From the NCBI GenBank assembly GCA_049793155.1, contig JBARBN010000053.1, positions 285-64,284 on the forward strand: a stretch of 64,000 nt of DNA, in the 5' to 3' direction. The notes beneath the pieces are model-generated. The model was not told the origin of the DNA and did no database searches. It was given only the letters and a program-made list of their open reading frames with translations. Origin of the DNA: Nitrospirota bacterium (lineage in GTDB: Bacteria; Nitrospirota; UBA9217). The position numbers were made by a program, and so were the translations under genes. Below, piece by piece: positions 55,366 through 64,000 of this stretch (positions within the stretch are counted from its first letter, which is position 1; each line of letters opens with the position of its first letter).

Positions 55366-57465
55366 ATGCAGAAAGATATCGGCCAGGAAGATGTACTCAC
55401 CCCTGAAGTGCACGATGTCATGCGCGCCCTCGTTTCGGCGATCAGGACGGTTAAGATTTACCCTCCCAACAATCCCGTTTATTCTCAATCGCTAAAAAAA
55501 TCCTTTGAACTGCTGGACCATTTCCTGGCCACGGCGCAGGAATACACCGTCGGCGTACAAAAAACCAATTTCACCTACCGGCGCACTCCGGTCGGGAAAG
55601 AGGCTCAGTTGAACAGGGCCATTGCCCAGGACCTGTTCGCGAAAGGGATCCGTGAGATCGTCCTCAGCGCCGGGGTGACCGAGGCAGAGCTGCTCACGCT
55701 TTGTCGGGCACTTGCCCTGTCGTCGGAAGACCTGGCGATGAAGAACGGAATCTCTTCTATCCTCTGGGAGGAGGGTGCAACGCATATCAGGGTGACCGAG
55801 GCGGGTCTTGACGAGATCATAACGACAAATATGTCAACGGGTTTGATGGACAAGGCGGCAACGGGTACCACGGCAACAACGGAAAGTCCCCTGCCATCCG
55901 CGGTCAGGAAGGAAAAGGTTTTTTTTGGCCGCACACTGGTCCTCGGTGACCTTATCGGCGATCCCTCGGGGTTCGCATTCAGCATGCTGGAACTTGCAAA
56001 ACAGACTCACGCTGAAGATGAAACTGTGGAGGACCGGTTGTATGCCCTCTATCAGGAAGCCGGCCGTAAGATAGAGGTTGACCATGCCGGACAGGGTGAT
56101 GCCATGTTCGAGAGCCTGGGCAAGTCCGTTCTTGCGCTTGAACCAAACTTTCGCGATGCGCTCGTAGCCGGTAAGTTATATAAAGACCTGGACTCCGAAA
56201 TGGCGTCTGAACAGCAGACCGACGTCGAACAGAACTTTCCCTCCGCGATTCAGGAGGTCCAGGCGGGGCGTTTCTCCCACGCCTGGACCGTGCAGCAGGT
56301 GTCAGCGCTCCTGAAAAAAGCAACGTCAAAAAAATCCCTCTCCTCAACACCGCTGTTGTCCCCTTCCGAGGTGATAGCCGCCCCGTTGTCCCAGGGCATC
56401 GCCGGGATCGCCAGGGAAATGTCCTCTTACAGTCCGGAAGAGATGGAACGACTCAAAGTACTCGGAGAGGCAGGCATGGAATCGGACATCATCCAGGCGG
56501 CTGTGCACACCTTCATCTGCTTGCTGCCCCTCGCCAAGAATCCGCAGCATGCCGCTCCGGAACAGAAGGAAATCGAGCATTTTTCCAGTGTGGTCAGACA
56601 GCTTGAGGAAATGCTCAGCTTTTTTTTGAAGGAAAAGGATTATGACCGCGCATTGGGTATAATCGAGGCGTTTCACCTGCCGGTGGAACCGGCATTCAAA
56701 CCGCGGATAAATGAGGCCCTGAAAAGAACGGCATCCAAGTCCGTCGTTATAGCGGTGATCGGCGAGCTGAAAAAGCATCCCAAAGGTTCTAGAGAATACA
56801 AGTCCGCCTATGCCTACATTTCGAGACTGGAACGAGAAACAACGGAAATTCTTCTGGAGCTCATGGCGGAGGAACAGGACCGGGCGGCAAGGATCTTCTA
56901 TCTCGATCTCTTGAAAGATGTCGGCAGGAACCAGATCGCACTGCTCGGGGAATTGCTTACGGACGGGCGCTGGTATTTCGTGCGAAATATCGTGAGCGTT
57001 CTGGGGGAAAGCAAGACGGACCAGGCGCTCACATTTCTCCGAAAGGCGGCAGACCACAAGAATGTCCGCATCCGGCAGGAAGTCATCAAGGGGCTTTTCA
57101 GTGTCGGCGGGAAGAAAGCTGCAAGTATACTGGTCAAGCTGCTGCGCGACAAGGATGATGGCGTGCAGGTAACGGCGATCCATGCGTATGGTGATTTCCC
57201 CGGCATCGGTGCGGAGGAGTCAACTCCCCTCATCGAGTTTCTGGAGGAAAGGGTTTTGAAAAAGAAGGAACAGGAACATACGATCGAGGCGATCAAGGCG
57301 CTGGGAAAAATCGGCGGGCGGGAGGCGATGGAATTTCTAAAACGGTATTCAATCACCCGGTGGTGGAAACCCCGAAAACTTCAGAAGGAGCTCAAGGTCG
57401 CGGCGGAACAGGCCGTTGAGGAGATCAAGAGGAGACAGAGCGATGTCGGACGAACAAGTCGATAA
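55366..57465 (+). CDS. hypothetical protein: N-terminal domain shared with the downstream HD-GYP protein, plus C-terminal HEAT repeats
   Basis: The N-terminal roughly 150 aa (AIRTVKIYPPNNP...GIREIVLSAGVTEAELL...GATHIRV) align with the N-terminus of the next gene. The C-terminus has HEAT/PBS-lyase-like repeats (RWYFVRNIVSVLGES..., VRIRQEVIKGL..., DDGVQVTAIHAYG..., EAIKALGKIGG). Confidence 0.65.
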   Translation: MQKDIGQEDVLTPEVHDVMRALVSAIRTVKIYPPNNPVYSQSLKKSFELLDHFLATAQEYTVGVQKTNFTYRRTPVGKEAQLNRAIAQDLFAKGIREIVLSAGVTEAELLTLCRALALSSEDLAMKNGISSILWEEGATHIRVTEAGLDEIITTNMSTGLMDKAATGTTATTESPLPSAVRKEKVFFGRTLVLGDLIGDPSGFAFSMLELAKQTHAEDETVEDRLYALYQEAGRKIEVDHAGQGDAMFESLGKSVLALEPNFRDALVAGKLYKDLDSEMASEQQTDVEQNFPSAIQEVQAGRFSHAWTVQQVSALLKKATSKKSLSSTPLLSPSEVIAAPLSQGIAGIAREMSSYSPEEMERLKVLGEAGMESDIIQAAVHTFICLLPLAKNPQHAAPEQKEIEHFSSVVRQLEEMLSFFLKEKDYDRALGIIEAFHLPVEPAFKPRINEALKRTASKSVVIAVIGELKKHPKGSREYKSAYAYISRLERETTEILLELMAEEQDRAARIFYLDLLKDVGRNQIALLGELLTDGRWYFVRNIVSVLGESKTDQALTFLRKAADHKNVRIRQEVIKGLFSVGGKKAASILVKLLRDKDDGVQVTAIHAYGDFPGIGAEESTPLIEFLEERVLKKKEQEHTIEAIKALGKIGGREAMEFLKRYSITRWWKPRKLQKELKVAAEQAVEEIKRRQSDVGRTSR

Positions 57466-58876
57466 GCGGGGAGAGGCGAGGCAGTCCTTTTATGCGAGAC
57501 AACTTTTAATCGACTCTGCGCGGACCGCGTTCCAGCAGCTTGCCGCCATCCTGAAAAACGCGACCCTGTATCCGGAAGCTCACCCGCATCTGCTTGCCGC
57601 AGCGGACAAATTTCGGGGCAAGATCGAAGAATTGCTTGAGGAACGGAAGGAAGCGGCTTTTTATCTCGTCGGCGGCGAGTTGTTTTTTGAGAAGATATCC
57701 ATTCCTATCGATCAGGCGCTTTCCCTGCTCTTGGAGCAATTCACCACGAGGGACGTGGGCGGGATCGTCTTTATGCCGGGACTCACCGCTCAGGAATTGA
57801 TCCGGTTTGCAAGCCTCATGAACAAGGAACCCTCGGTTCTTGCCGGGCAGGGGGGCATTCGTTCCGTGATCGAGAAAGAGGGCGCATCTCACCTCGTACT
57901 TCACAACGTGGTTCTTGTCGAAAAGCAGGTGGGAGCTGACATCAAGGCGGGGAAAAAGAAGGCCTCCGACGTGTTCAAGGATGCGATCGACACGGTGAAG
58001 GATACGGTCCAGGCAATGCAGACCGGTCAGCTGTCCAGTGTGCGAAAAGTGAACTCGGTCGTGCAAACCATGGTGGACAACATCCTGGACAACCGGGATG
58101 CCCTCTTGGGCATGACAAACCTCAAGATGTACGATGAATACACCTTTGCCCACTCCGTGAACACGTCGATCCTCGCGTCATCCCTCGGGACATTTCTCTC
58201 ATTCGGCAAACCGCAGGTCGCCACCCTGGGTATGGCGGCGATGATGCATGATATCGGCAAGGTAACGGTCCCACTCGATATCATCAATAAACCGGGCAAG
58301 CTCTCGGATGAAGAATGGAACCAGGTGAAACGGCATCCTATCGAAGGGGCGCTGCTTCTCGTAGACATACCGGGTGTGTCCAGGCTGGCCATGGTGGCGG
58401 CTTTTGAGCATCATCAGCACGGAGGAGCCAGGGGCTATCCGCAGGTGAACGGCCAATCTGAGCGGCATCCCTTTTCTCAGATCGTTGCCCTCGCAGATGC
58501 CTATGAAGCACTCACGGCGGCGCGGGTGTATTACAGCTCCCAAATGCCCCCGAACCAGGCCATCCAGATCCTGATCAAGAATCGAGGGACTACCAGCGAT
58601 CCCGTTCTCCTCAAGGCGTTTGTCAACATGGTCGGCATCTTCCCTGTCGGCACCCTTCTTAAACTGGACACGGGAGAGGTCGCTCTCGTCACCCATCAAA
58701 CGCGGGATTTGATGCGTCCCCGCGTTCTGATCTTGAACCGGTTCGACGGATCGGAAAAGGAGAGTGGTCAGGACATCAGTCTTCTGGAGACCGCAGGAGG
58801 ACGGCATCGGCGCTCCATTGTCGGCACCATTGATCCGAATTCGGCCAAGATCGATCTGAAAAAATACCTCACATAA
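57443..58876 (+). CDS. HD-GYP domain protein (putative c-di-GMP phosphodiesterase; variant HHQ..GARGYP motif)
   Basis: AAMMHDIGKV (HD), KRHP, FEHHQHGGARGYP (GYP). A GAGGAGA RBS precedes the start. It overlaps the upstream gene by 23 nt. Confidence 0.8.
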   Translation: MSDEQVDKRGEARQSFYARQLLIDSARTAFQQLAAILKNATLYPEAHPHLLAAADKFRGKIEELLEERKEAAFYLVGGELFFEKISIPIDQALSLLLEQFTTRDVGGIVFMPGLTAQELIRFASLMNKEPSVLAGQGGIRSVIEKEGASHLVLHNVVLVEKQVGADIKAGKKKASDVFKDAIDTVKDTVQAMQTGQLSSVRKVNSVVQTMVDNILDNRDALLGMTNLKMYDEYTFAHSVNTSILASSLGTFLSFGKPQVATLGMAAMMHDIGKVTVPLDIINKPGKLSDEEWNQVKRHPIEGALLLVDIPGVSRLAMVAAFEHHQHGGARGYPQVNGQSERHPFSQIVALADAYEALTAARVYYSSQMPPNQAIQILIKNRGTTSDPVLLKAFVNMVGIFPVGTLLKLDTGEVALVTHQTRDLMRPRVLILNRFDGSEKESGQDISLLETAGGRHRRSIVGTIDPNSAKIDLKKYLT

Positions 58877-58949
58877 GGAGCACCGGCGCAAATTACAGCC
58901 TCCGTCGTCCCCGGTTGACATTCCTGACGCATTTCCCTTGCATTTATCC

Positions 58950-58979
58950 TTGATTTTGTCCACCCGTTGCGGATATAAT
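58950..58979 (+). promoter_or_regulatory. sigma70 promoter (TTGATT-18-TATAAT) for xseB-ispA-dxs
   Basis: TTGATT at 58950-58955 and TATAAT at 58974-58979. Confidence 0.45.
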
Positions 58980-59031
58980 TATTTTGTCGCGCTTTTCTTT
59001 TCTGGCCCGACATCATGGAGCACGCGTTCCT

Positions 59032-59259
59032 ATGGCGGAAAAAAAATTTGAGGCGGCGCTGGCGCGGCTCGAGGAGATCGTGCAGAAGCTTGAGCAGGGA
59101 GACCTCCCGTTAGAGCAATCGCTGAAATTGTTCGAGGAGGGGATAAGGCTTTCACGCATCTGCAACACCCGTCTGGAAGAGGCCGAGCGCAAGGTGGAGG
59201 TCCTGCTCAAAGATAAGGCTGGAAATATGATCGCGAAACCGTTCGAAGAAGAGGAATAA
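59032..59259 (+). CDS. xseB: exodeoxyribonuclease VII small subunit
   Basis: [44 protein letters not shown], the canonical XseB sequence. Confidence 0.9.
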   Translation: MAEKKFEAALARLEEIVQKLEQGDLPLEQSLKLFEEGIRLSRICNTRLEEAERKVEVLLKDKAGNMIAKPFEEEE

Positions 59260-59270
59260 CGGAAACAATC

Positions 59271-59393
59271 GCCAAATTACAAATAACAAATCCCAAATGA
59301 ATTCCAAGTTCAATATGCAATTTCTCAAACGTTCGGAATTTGAGGCTTGGCTTATTGAATTTTATTTGTAATTTGCCGCTTGGAATTTAGGGC
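59271..59393. repeat. family E-like large imperfect palindrome between xseB and ispA
   Basis: caaattacaaataa (59273-59286) pairs with ttatttgtaatttg (59362-59375). It is flanked by ttccaa/ttggaa units. Confidence 0.6.
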
Positions 59394-59406
59394 TTGCTTC
59401 TCACTT

Positions 59407-60297
59407 ATGGATATAACCTCATACCTTTCCAAAAGAAAAGCCGTCATTGACAAGGCGCTCGATAAGCTCGTTCCGTCCGCGAAGATGTTCCCGACGTCGA
59501 TCCATGAGGCCATGCGCTACAGTCTTTTTGCCGGCGGAAAGAGGGTGCGGCCAATCCTGGCTATTGCCGCTGCCGAGGCGCTCGGTGCAAGGGCATCAGG
59601 CCTGCTTCCCCTGGCAGGATCACTGGAACTCATTCATACGTACTCGCTGATCCACGACGATCTTCCCGCCATGGACGACGATGATTTCAGGCGAGGGCGA
59701 CCGACCTGCCACAAGGTCTATGGCGAGGCCGTAGCCATCCTTGCGGGTGACGGGCTTTTGAACATGGCGTTCGAGGTATTGTCCGATCCCCGACGGGCCA
59801 AAGCAGTGCCCGCGAACAGGCTCATTGCCATCATCAAAGAGATCAGCGCTGCATCCGGCGTCCTTGGCATGGTGGGAGGACAGGTGGTCGATATGGAGTC
59901 CGAGGGCAGGGAAATTGATTTCCCCACGCTCGAATACATACATACGCACAAGACCGGCGCGCTCATCCGGGCCGCGGTTCGGGTCGGCGCCCTCTATGCA
60001 AAGGCGAGTGAAAGACGGCTCAGTGCCCTGACCCGGTACGGTGAACTGGCCGGGCTTGCTTTTCAGATCGTCGATGATATCCTCGATATTACGGGCAAGC
60101 GGGAGGAGATCGGCAAGGATATCGGCAGTGACCTGAAAAAAGGCAAGAGGACCTTCCCGAGCTTTTATGGTCTTGAAGAATCGCGCCTGAGGGCCAGCGA
60201 GGTTGCGGACAAGGCGATTTACGCCCTAAGGGACTTTGACCGTAAGGCAGATCCGCTCAGGGAACTGGCGAAGTATATTGTGAAGAGAGTGAATTAA
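59407..60297 (+). CDS. ispA: farnesyl diphosphate synthase (polyprenyl synthetase)
   Basis: FARM LIHDDLPAMDDDDFRRG and SARM QIVDDILD. Confidence 0.92.
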   Translation: MDITSYLSKRKAVIDKALDKLVPSAKMFPTSIHEAMRYSLFAGGKRVRPILAIAAAEALGARASGLLPLAGSLELIHTYSLIHDDLPAMDDDDFRRGRPTCHKVYGEAVAILAGDGLLNMAFEVLSDPRRAKAVPANRLIAIIKEISAASGVLGMVGGQVVDMESEGREIDFPTLEYIHTHKTGALIRAAVRVGALYAKASERRLSALTRYGELAGLAFQIVDDILDITGKREEIGKDIGSDLKKGKRTFPSFYGLEESRLRASEVADKAIYALRDFDRKADPLRELAKYIVKRVN

Positions 60298-60310
60298 AAA
60301 AACAGAGGTT

Positions 60311-60390
60311 CATGGGGCAAGGGTCAGGGGTCATGGTTTAGGATTCATGATCCAGAAGTCCATGACCCTTGCGACTTGACCCTTGACCCA
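60311..60390. repeat. family C palindromic repeat between ispA and dxs
   Basis: caagggtca (60318-60326) pairs with tgacccttg (60377-60385). gggtcatgg (60328-60336) pairs with ccatgaccc (60360-60368). Confidence 0.7.
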
Positions 60391-60406
60391 TTTTATGAGG
60401 TACCAA

Positions 60407-62329
60407 ATGATTCTCGACAAAGTGAACAATGTTCAAGAACTCAGGACGCTTCCCCAAGCGGAACTGCCGACGCTAGCCGGGGAAATCCGGCAGGAGATCA
60501 TCACGGTGGTGTCGAAGACCGGTGGACACCTGGCCTCGAGCCTTGGGGTCGTTGACCTGACCATCGCCTTGCATTACGCTTTTGATACGCCGAATGACCG
60601 CATTATCTGGGATGTGGGCCATCAAGCCTACGCGCATAAGATCCTTACCGGCAGACGGGATCGGTTCCCATCACTCCGGCAGCACGGCGGGATCAGTGGT
60701 TTTCCCAAGCGCGAGGAGAGTTCTTACGACAATTTCGATGTGGGACATGCAAGCACCTCCATATCCGCGGCCACCGGCATGATCGCGGCCAGGGACATCA
60801 AGGGAGAGGACTATCGGGTGATCGCCGTGATAGGCGATGGGTCCATCTCCGCCGGATTGGCATTCGAGGGAATGAACCAGGCGGGCCACCTGAAAAAGAA
60901 CCTGATCGTCATTCTGAACGATAATGAGATGTCCATCTCGCCGAATGTCGGAGCACTCTCGTCGTATCTCAGCAGGATGATGACCGGACATTTTTATACA
61001 AAGTTGCGGCAGGACGCCAAGCACTTTCTTCAGGGCATCCCCCGGGTCGGAGAATCCATGTTCAACCTCGCCAAGAGGGCCGAAGATTCTCTCAAGGGCC
61101 TGATGGTGCCGGGCATGCTGTTCGAGGATCTGGGCTTCCAGTATCTGGGTCCTCTTGACGGGCATAATATCGATCATCTCGTCAAGGCCTTTCAGAACAT
61201 CAAGGACTATCCCTGGCCGGTGCTGGTCCATGTGATCACCCGGAAAGGAAAGGGCTGCGAGTTCGCGGAATGCAAGCCGTCACAGTATCATGGTACACCG
61301 CCCTTTGATCCGGTGACGGGTAAGGTCGTATCAAAGAAGCAACCCATTATGAGCTACACCGAGGTGTTTGGCCAGACCATGATCAAGCTCGCCGAGGAAA
61401 ACGACAAGATCGTCGCCATTTCGGCGGCAATGTCCGAAGGTACCGGGCTTGACCTGTTTGCCGAAAAATTTCCTGAACGATTTTTCGACGTGGGCATTGC
61501 CGAGTCCCACGGCATCACCTTTGCGTGCGGCCTTGCGGTGGAAGGGATGCACCCGGTCGCGGCCATTTATTCCACCTTTATGCAGCGCGCCTACGACCAG
61601 GTAGTGCACGACCTTTGTCTCCAGAACCTGCCGGTGACGCTCGCGCTTGACCGGGCTGGCCTCGTCGGAGAGGACGGACCGACGCACCACGGCGTATTTG
61701 ACATCGCGTATCTTCGTCATGTCCCCAATATCGTCGTCATGGCGCCGAAGGACGAGAACGAGCTGCAGCACATGATCAAGACCGCTGTCGAACACGAAGG
61801 TCCCGCGGCGGTGCGCTATCCGCGCGGCATCGGCAACGGCGTTCCCATGGACCAGGAGTTGAAGACGCTTGAGATGGGCAAGGCGGAAATGATCAGGGAA
61901 GGGCGCGATGCCGCGATCATCGCCATCGGCACGATGGTCACGCCGTCACTCGAAGCGGCCGAGAGACTCTCCGGAGAGGGGATCTCCGTGGCGGTGATAA
62001 ATGCGCGGTTCGTAAAACCGCTCGATGACGATATGATCCTTTCGATGGCGAAGAAAACAGGACGGATCGTGACGGTGGAGGAACACGCGCTTCTGGGCGG
62101 TTTCGGCAGCGCCGTGCTTGAGTGTCTGGATGCGCAGGGGGTTACGGGTATCAAGACCCATCGTATCGGATTGCCGGACGCGTATATCGAACACGGCCCG
62201 CAAGCCGTTCTCCGGCAGAAATACGGCCTCGACGCGAACGGCATCTATTCTTCCGTCAAGGAGTTCGTCGAAAAGTCCCGTCCCAAAGCTGTTTCCCCTG
62301 TTGCGTCGCTTCGGGCAATTGATGTGTAA
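60407..62329 (+). CDS. dxs: 1-deoxy-D-xylulose-5-phosphate synthase
   Basis: GGHLASSLGVVDLTIALHY and the TPP motif GDGSISAGLAFEGMN. The start is set at the ATG at 60407 behind a GAGG RBS (alternatives at 60383 and 60395). Confidence 0.95.
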   Translation: MILDKVNNVQELRTLPQAELPTLAGEIRQEIITVVSKTGGHLASSLGVVDLTIALHYAFDTPNDRIIWDVGHQAYAHKILTGRRDRFPSLRQHGGISGFPKREESSYDNFDVGHASTSISAATGMIAARDIKGEDYRVIAVIGDGSISAGLAFEGMNQAGHLKKNLIVILNDNEMSISPNVGALSSYLSRMMTGHFYTKLRQDAKHFLQGIPRVGESMFNLAKRAEDSLKGLMVPGMLFEDLGFQYLGPLDGHNIDHLVKAFQNIKDYPWPVLVHVITRKGKGCEFAECKPSQYHGTPPFDPVTGKVVSKKQPIMSYTEVFGQTMIKLAEENDKIVAISAAMSEGTGLDLFAEKFPERFFDVGIAESHGITFACGLAVEGMHPVAAIYSTFMQRAYDQVVHDLCLQNLPVTLALDRAGLVGEDGPTHHGVFDIAYLRHVPNIVVMAPKDENELQHMIKTAVEHEGPAAVRYPRGIGNGVPMDQELKTLEMGKAEMIREGRDAAIIAIGTMVTPSLEAAERLSGEGISVAVINARFVKPLDDDMILSMAKKTGRIVTVEEHALLGGFGSAVLECLDAQGVTGIKTHRIGLPDAYIEHGPQAVLRQKYGLDANGIYSSVKEFVEKSRPKAVSPVASLRAIDV

Positions 62330-62456
62330 CGGAAACGCGGGGTGCGAAGCAACCAACCCCGGTCCGTGCAGGAGCACAAAAAGATCTCAGCGCCATTTTC
62401 CGGTAAATACTCTTTTTTCCGACGAACGCGATGCGGCAATGGTCTGTTAAAGACCT

Positions 62457-62801
62457 CTAGGGTTTTACATATCCATAGTTGCCGGTCCGAATTTCCGCGA
62501 CCCTGCCGTTTTTCAGGACAACGATCCGCATGAACTGGCTCGGCCCGAGATTATATGTCCATTCTTCCACTGTTATGAATACTTTTTGCCTGGTGTCTGT
62601 AGTGAGTCTTTGGGTCACTTCCTCCTGATGTGAATCCCGAAAGTCGGGTTCACCACATTTTGACACCACATCGGCGCTTCTATCGTCAGTTGAAATGATC
62701 CCGCCTCGACAGCTGAAAGAATCTGAATAAGCGTCAAACCAAAAAAGGGTAAACGTCAGAACAAAAAAAGCGGGAAGAATGTATGCTTTTTTCATATGCA
62801 C
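62457..62801 (-). CDS. DUF2845-like small exported protein
   Basis: Signal peptide, then C..GGIIS.DD...V..KCGEP pattern and ...RIVVLKNGRVAEI. It is inserted antisense between dxs and tlyA. Confidence 0.6.
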   Translation of the reverse strand: MHMKKAYILPAFFVLTFTLFWFDAYSDSFSCRGGIISTDDRSADVVSKCGEPDFRDSHQEEVTQRLTTDTRQKVFITVEEWTYNLGPSQFMRIVVLKNGRVAEIRTGNYGYVKP

Positions 62802-62962
62802 AACCTCCGTGCGCAGATAAGATTACCTTCAGCAACTCATCATAGTTTAGATCAATCCGGGAGAAACATCAATAATAAAACAGATTTCCAATGGTTGTCC
62901 GTTGACAGCCTCGTCGGCTTCTGGTAGGCTCAATCACGAAATGGTGTGAACGGATATTCTTA

Positions 62963-63727
62963 ATGATGGGTAGGCAGGCAAATAAAAAGATCAGCAAGAT
63001 ACGCATCGATCGTCTGCTTGTCGAACGAGGCCTGGTGGAAAGCCGCGAGCGCGCTCAATCCCTGATCATTGCCGGACAGGTGCTGGTGAACGAACAGAAA
63101 CAGGACAAGGCGGGAGCGATGGTCCCCGAAGACGCGGAGATCCGCATCCTTGGTGGACAGCTTCCCTACGTGAGCCGGGGTGGATTGAAGCTCGAGTCAG
63201 CATTAAAAGAATTCAAGGTGTCCGTTTCAGGTAAGACAGCCCTCGATGTTGGAGCATCAACCGGCGGCTTTACCGATTGCCTGCTCCAGCATGGATGTGA
63301 AAAGGTCTATGCCGTGGATGTGGGCTACGGCCAGATGGCGTGGAAGCTCAGGCAAGATCCTCGCGTGGTCGTTATCGAACGCACGAACGTTCGCTCAATG
63401 GACCCTTCACTCATTCCCCTGCTTGTCGATATCGTGGTGATCGATGCTTCTTTCATCTCCCTTGAAAAAGTCATCCCGTCGGTCCTGAAATTTCTTGCAG
63501 CAGGTTCGGACCTCATCGCGCTCATTAAACCGCAGTTCGAAGTGGGAAGGGAACAGGTGGGCAAGGGCGGGATCGTGCGGGATGAGATCGCGCGGGCTGC
63601 TGCGGTCGAGAAGGTCGTCATGTTCTTTCACGAAATCGGTTTAGAGGTAAAGGGCGTCATCCCTTCGCCGATCACGGGCCAGGATGGGAATGTGGAATAT
63701 CTTATTCATGCGCTTTATCGGACGTAA
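62963..63727 (+). CDS. tlyA: TlyA-family rRNA 2-prime-O-methyltransferase (hemolysin A-like)
   Basis: S4 domain RIDRLLVERGLVESRERAQSLI and FtsJ fold DVGASTGGFTDCLL. dxs-tlyA synteny as in Bacillus. Confidence 0.9.
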   Translation: MMGRQANKKISKIRIDRLLVERGLVESRERAQSLIIAGQVLVNEQKQDKAGAMVPEDAEIRILGGQLPYVSRGGLKLESALKEFKVSVSGKTALDVGASTGGFTDCLLQHGCEKVYAVDVGYGQMAWKLRQDPRVVVIERTNVRSMDPSLIPLLVDIVVIDASFISLEKVIPSVLKFLAAGSDLIALIKPQFEVGREQVGKGGIVRDEIARAAAVEKVVMFFHEIGLEVKGVIPSPITGQDGNVEYLIHALYRT

Positions 63728-63736
63728 TGAATTTAT

Positions 63737-63846
63737 TGTCATCCTGAGTGAAGCGAAGGATCTCGTCGTTAATTAAATCCGGATCGGAAAGATTTGAGTG
63801 CCGAATGGTTTGGAAAGCGAGATTCTTCGCGTTGCTCAGAATGACA
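63737..63846. repeat. family A inverted repeat (gtcatcctgagtgaagcgaaggatctc ... gagattcttcgcgttgctcagaatgac)
   Basis: Arm 63737-63765 faces arm 63818-63846. A third partial unit (ggctcagaata) follows. It lies between convergent genes. Confidence 0.75.
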
Positions 63847-63886
63847 ACGAAAGGCTCAGAATAACGGGAAGTGAGTCAAATTATAT

Positions 63887-64000
63887 CATCCCGTCAATCG
63901 TGAAGCGAACTCTTCACCCAGAACCACGATCGACTCGATGTCCAGATAACGCGGCGCGGTCTTATCCAGAAGCAGCCTGCATTGAGCGGGAAAATTCTCA
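63887..64000 (-). CDS. C-terminal end of an unidentified CDS entering from the right window edge
   Basis: The minus-strand frame reads ...ENFPAQCRLLLDKTAPRYLDIESIVVLGEEFASRLTG-stop (stop complement at 63887-63889). It is too short to assign. Confidence 0.3.

Noticed and set aside
56344-58963. Minus-strand ORFs 56344..57183, 57506..58153 and 58199..58963
   Set aside because: They are antisense shadows of the HEAT-repeat and HD-GYP genes.

Overview
This 64-kb chromosomal window comes from a cytochrome-rich, non-model bacterium. The gene content and synteny look Nitrospirota- or Desulfobacterota-like, but that is inference only. About 60 CDS are supportable, plus 7 tRNAs and one candidate 6S RNA. 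There is no CRISPR array, prophage or transposase.

Housekeeping blocks are:
- dppBC-like permeases
- a 7-tRNA cluster followed by tig-clpP-clpX-engB
- argB, hslVU, xerC, topA, smg and dprA on the minus strand
- iscR-iscS-iscU-tusA
- yhaM-like, ftsY and zapA, then the candidate 6S RNA, then rarA, rny, ymdB and xseA
- xseB-ispA-dxs and tlyA

The accessory part is a redox island from about 7.6 to 27.8 kb. It holds three things:
1. A nine-gene operon at 7668-16021. It encodes two cupredoxins, a Cyc2/Cyt572-like monoheme cytochrome-porin fusion, an orphan 14-TM bd-like oxidase subunit, three membrane-anchored c-type cytochromes (one fused to an EB_dh-like domain) and a tandem Usp.
2. A porin, nonaheme and lipoprotein-decaheme cluster at 19997-24604. 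It looks like an extracellular electron-transfer conduit.
3. A four-domain tetraheme cytochrome, a DUF362 Fe-S protein and a flavin reductase.

Other notable points:
- The IscS homolog lacks the PLP-binding lysine.
- A HEAT-repeat and HD-GYP gene pair splits xseA from xseB.
- At least five families of hairpin-forming intergenic repeats sit at most operon borders.
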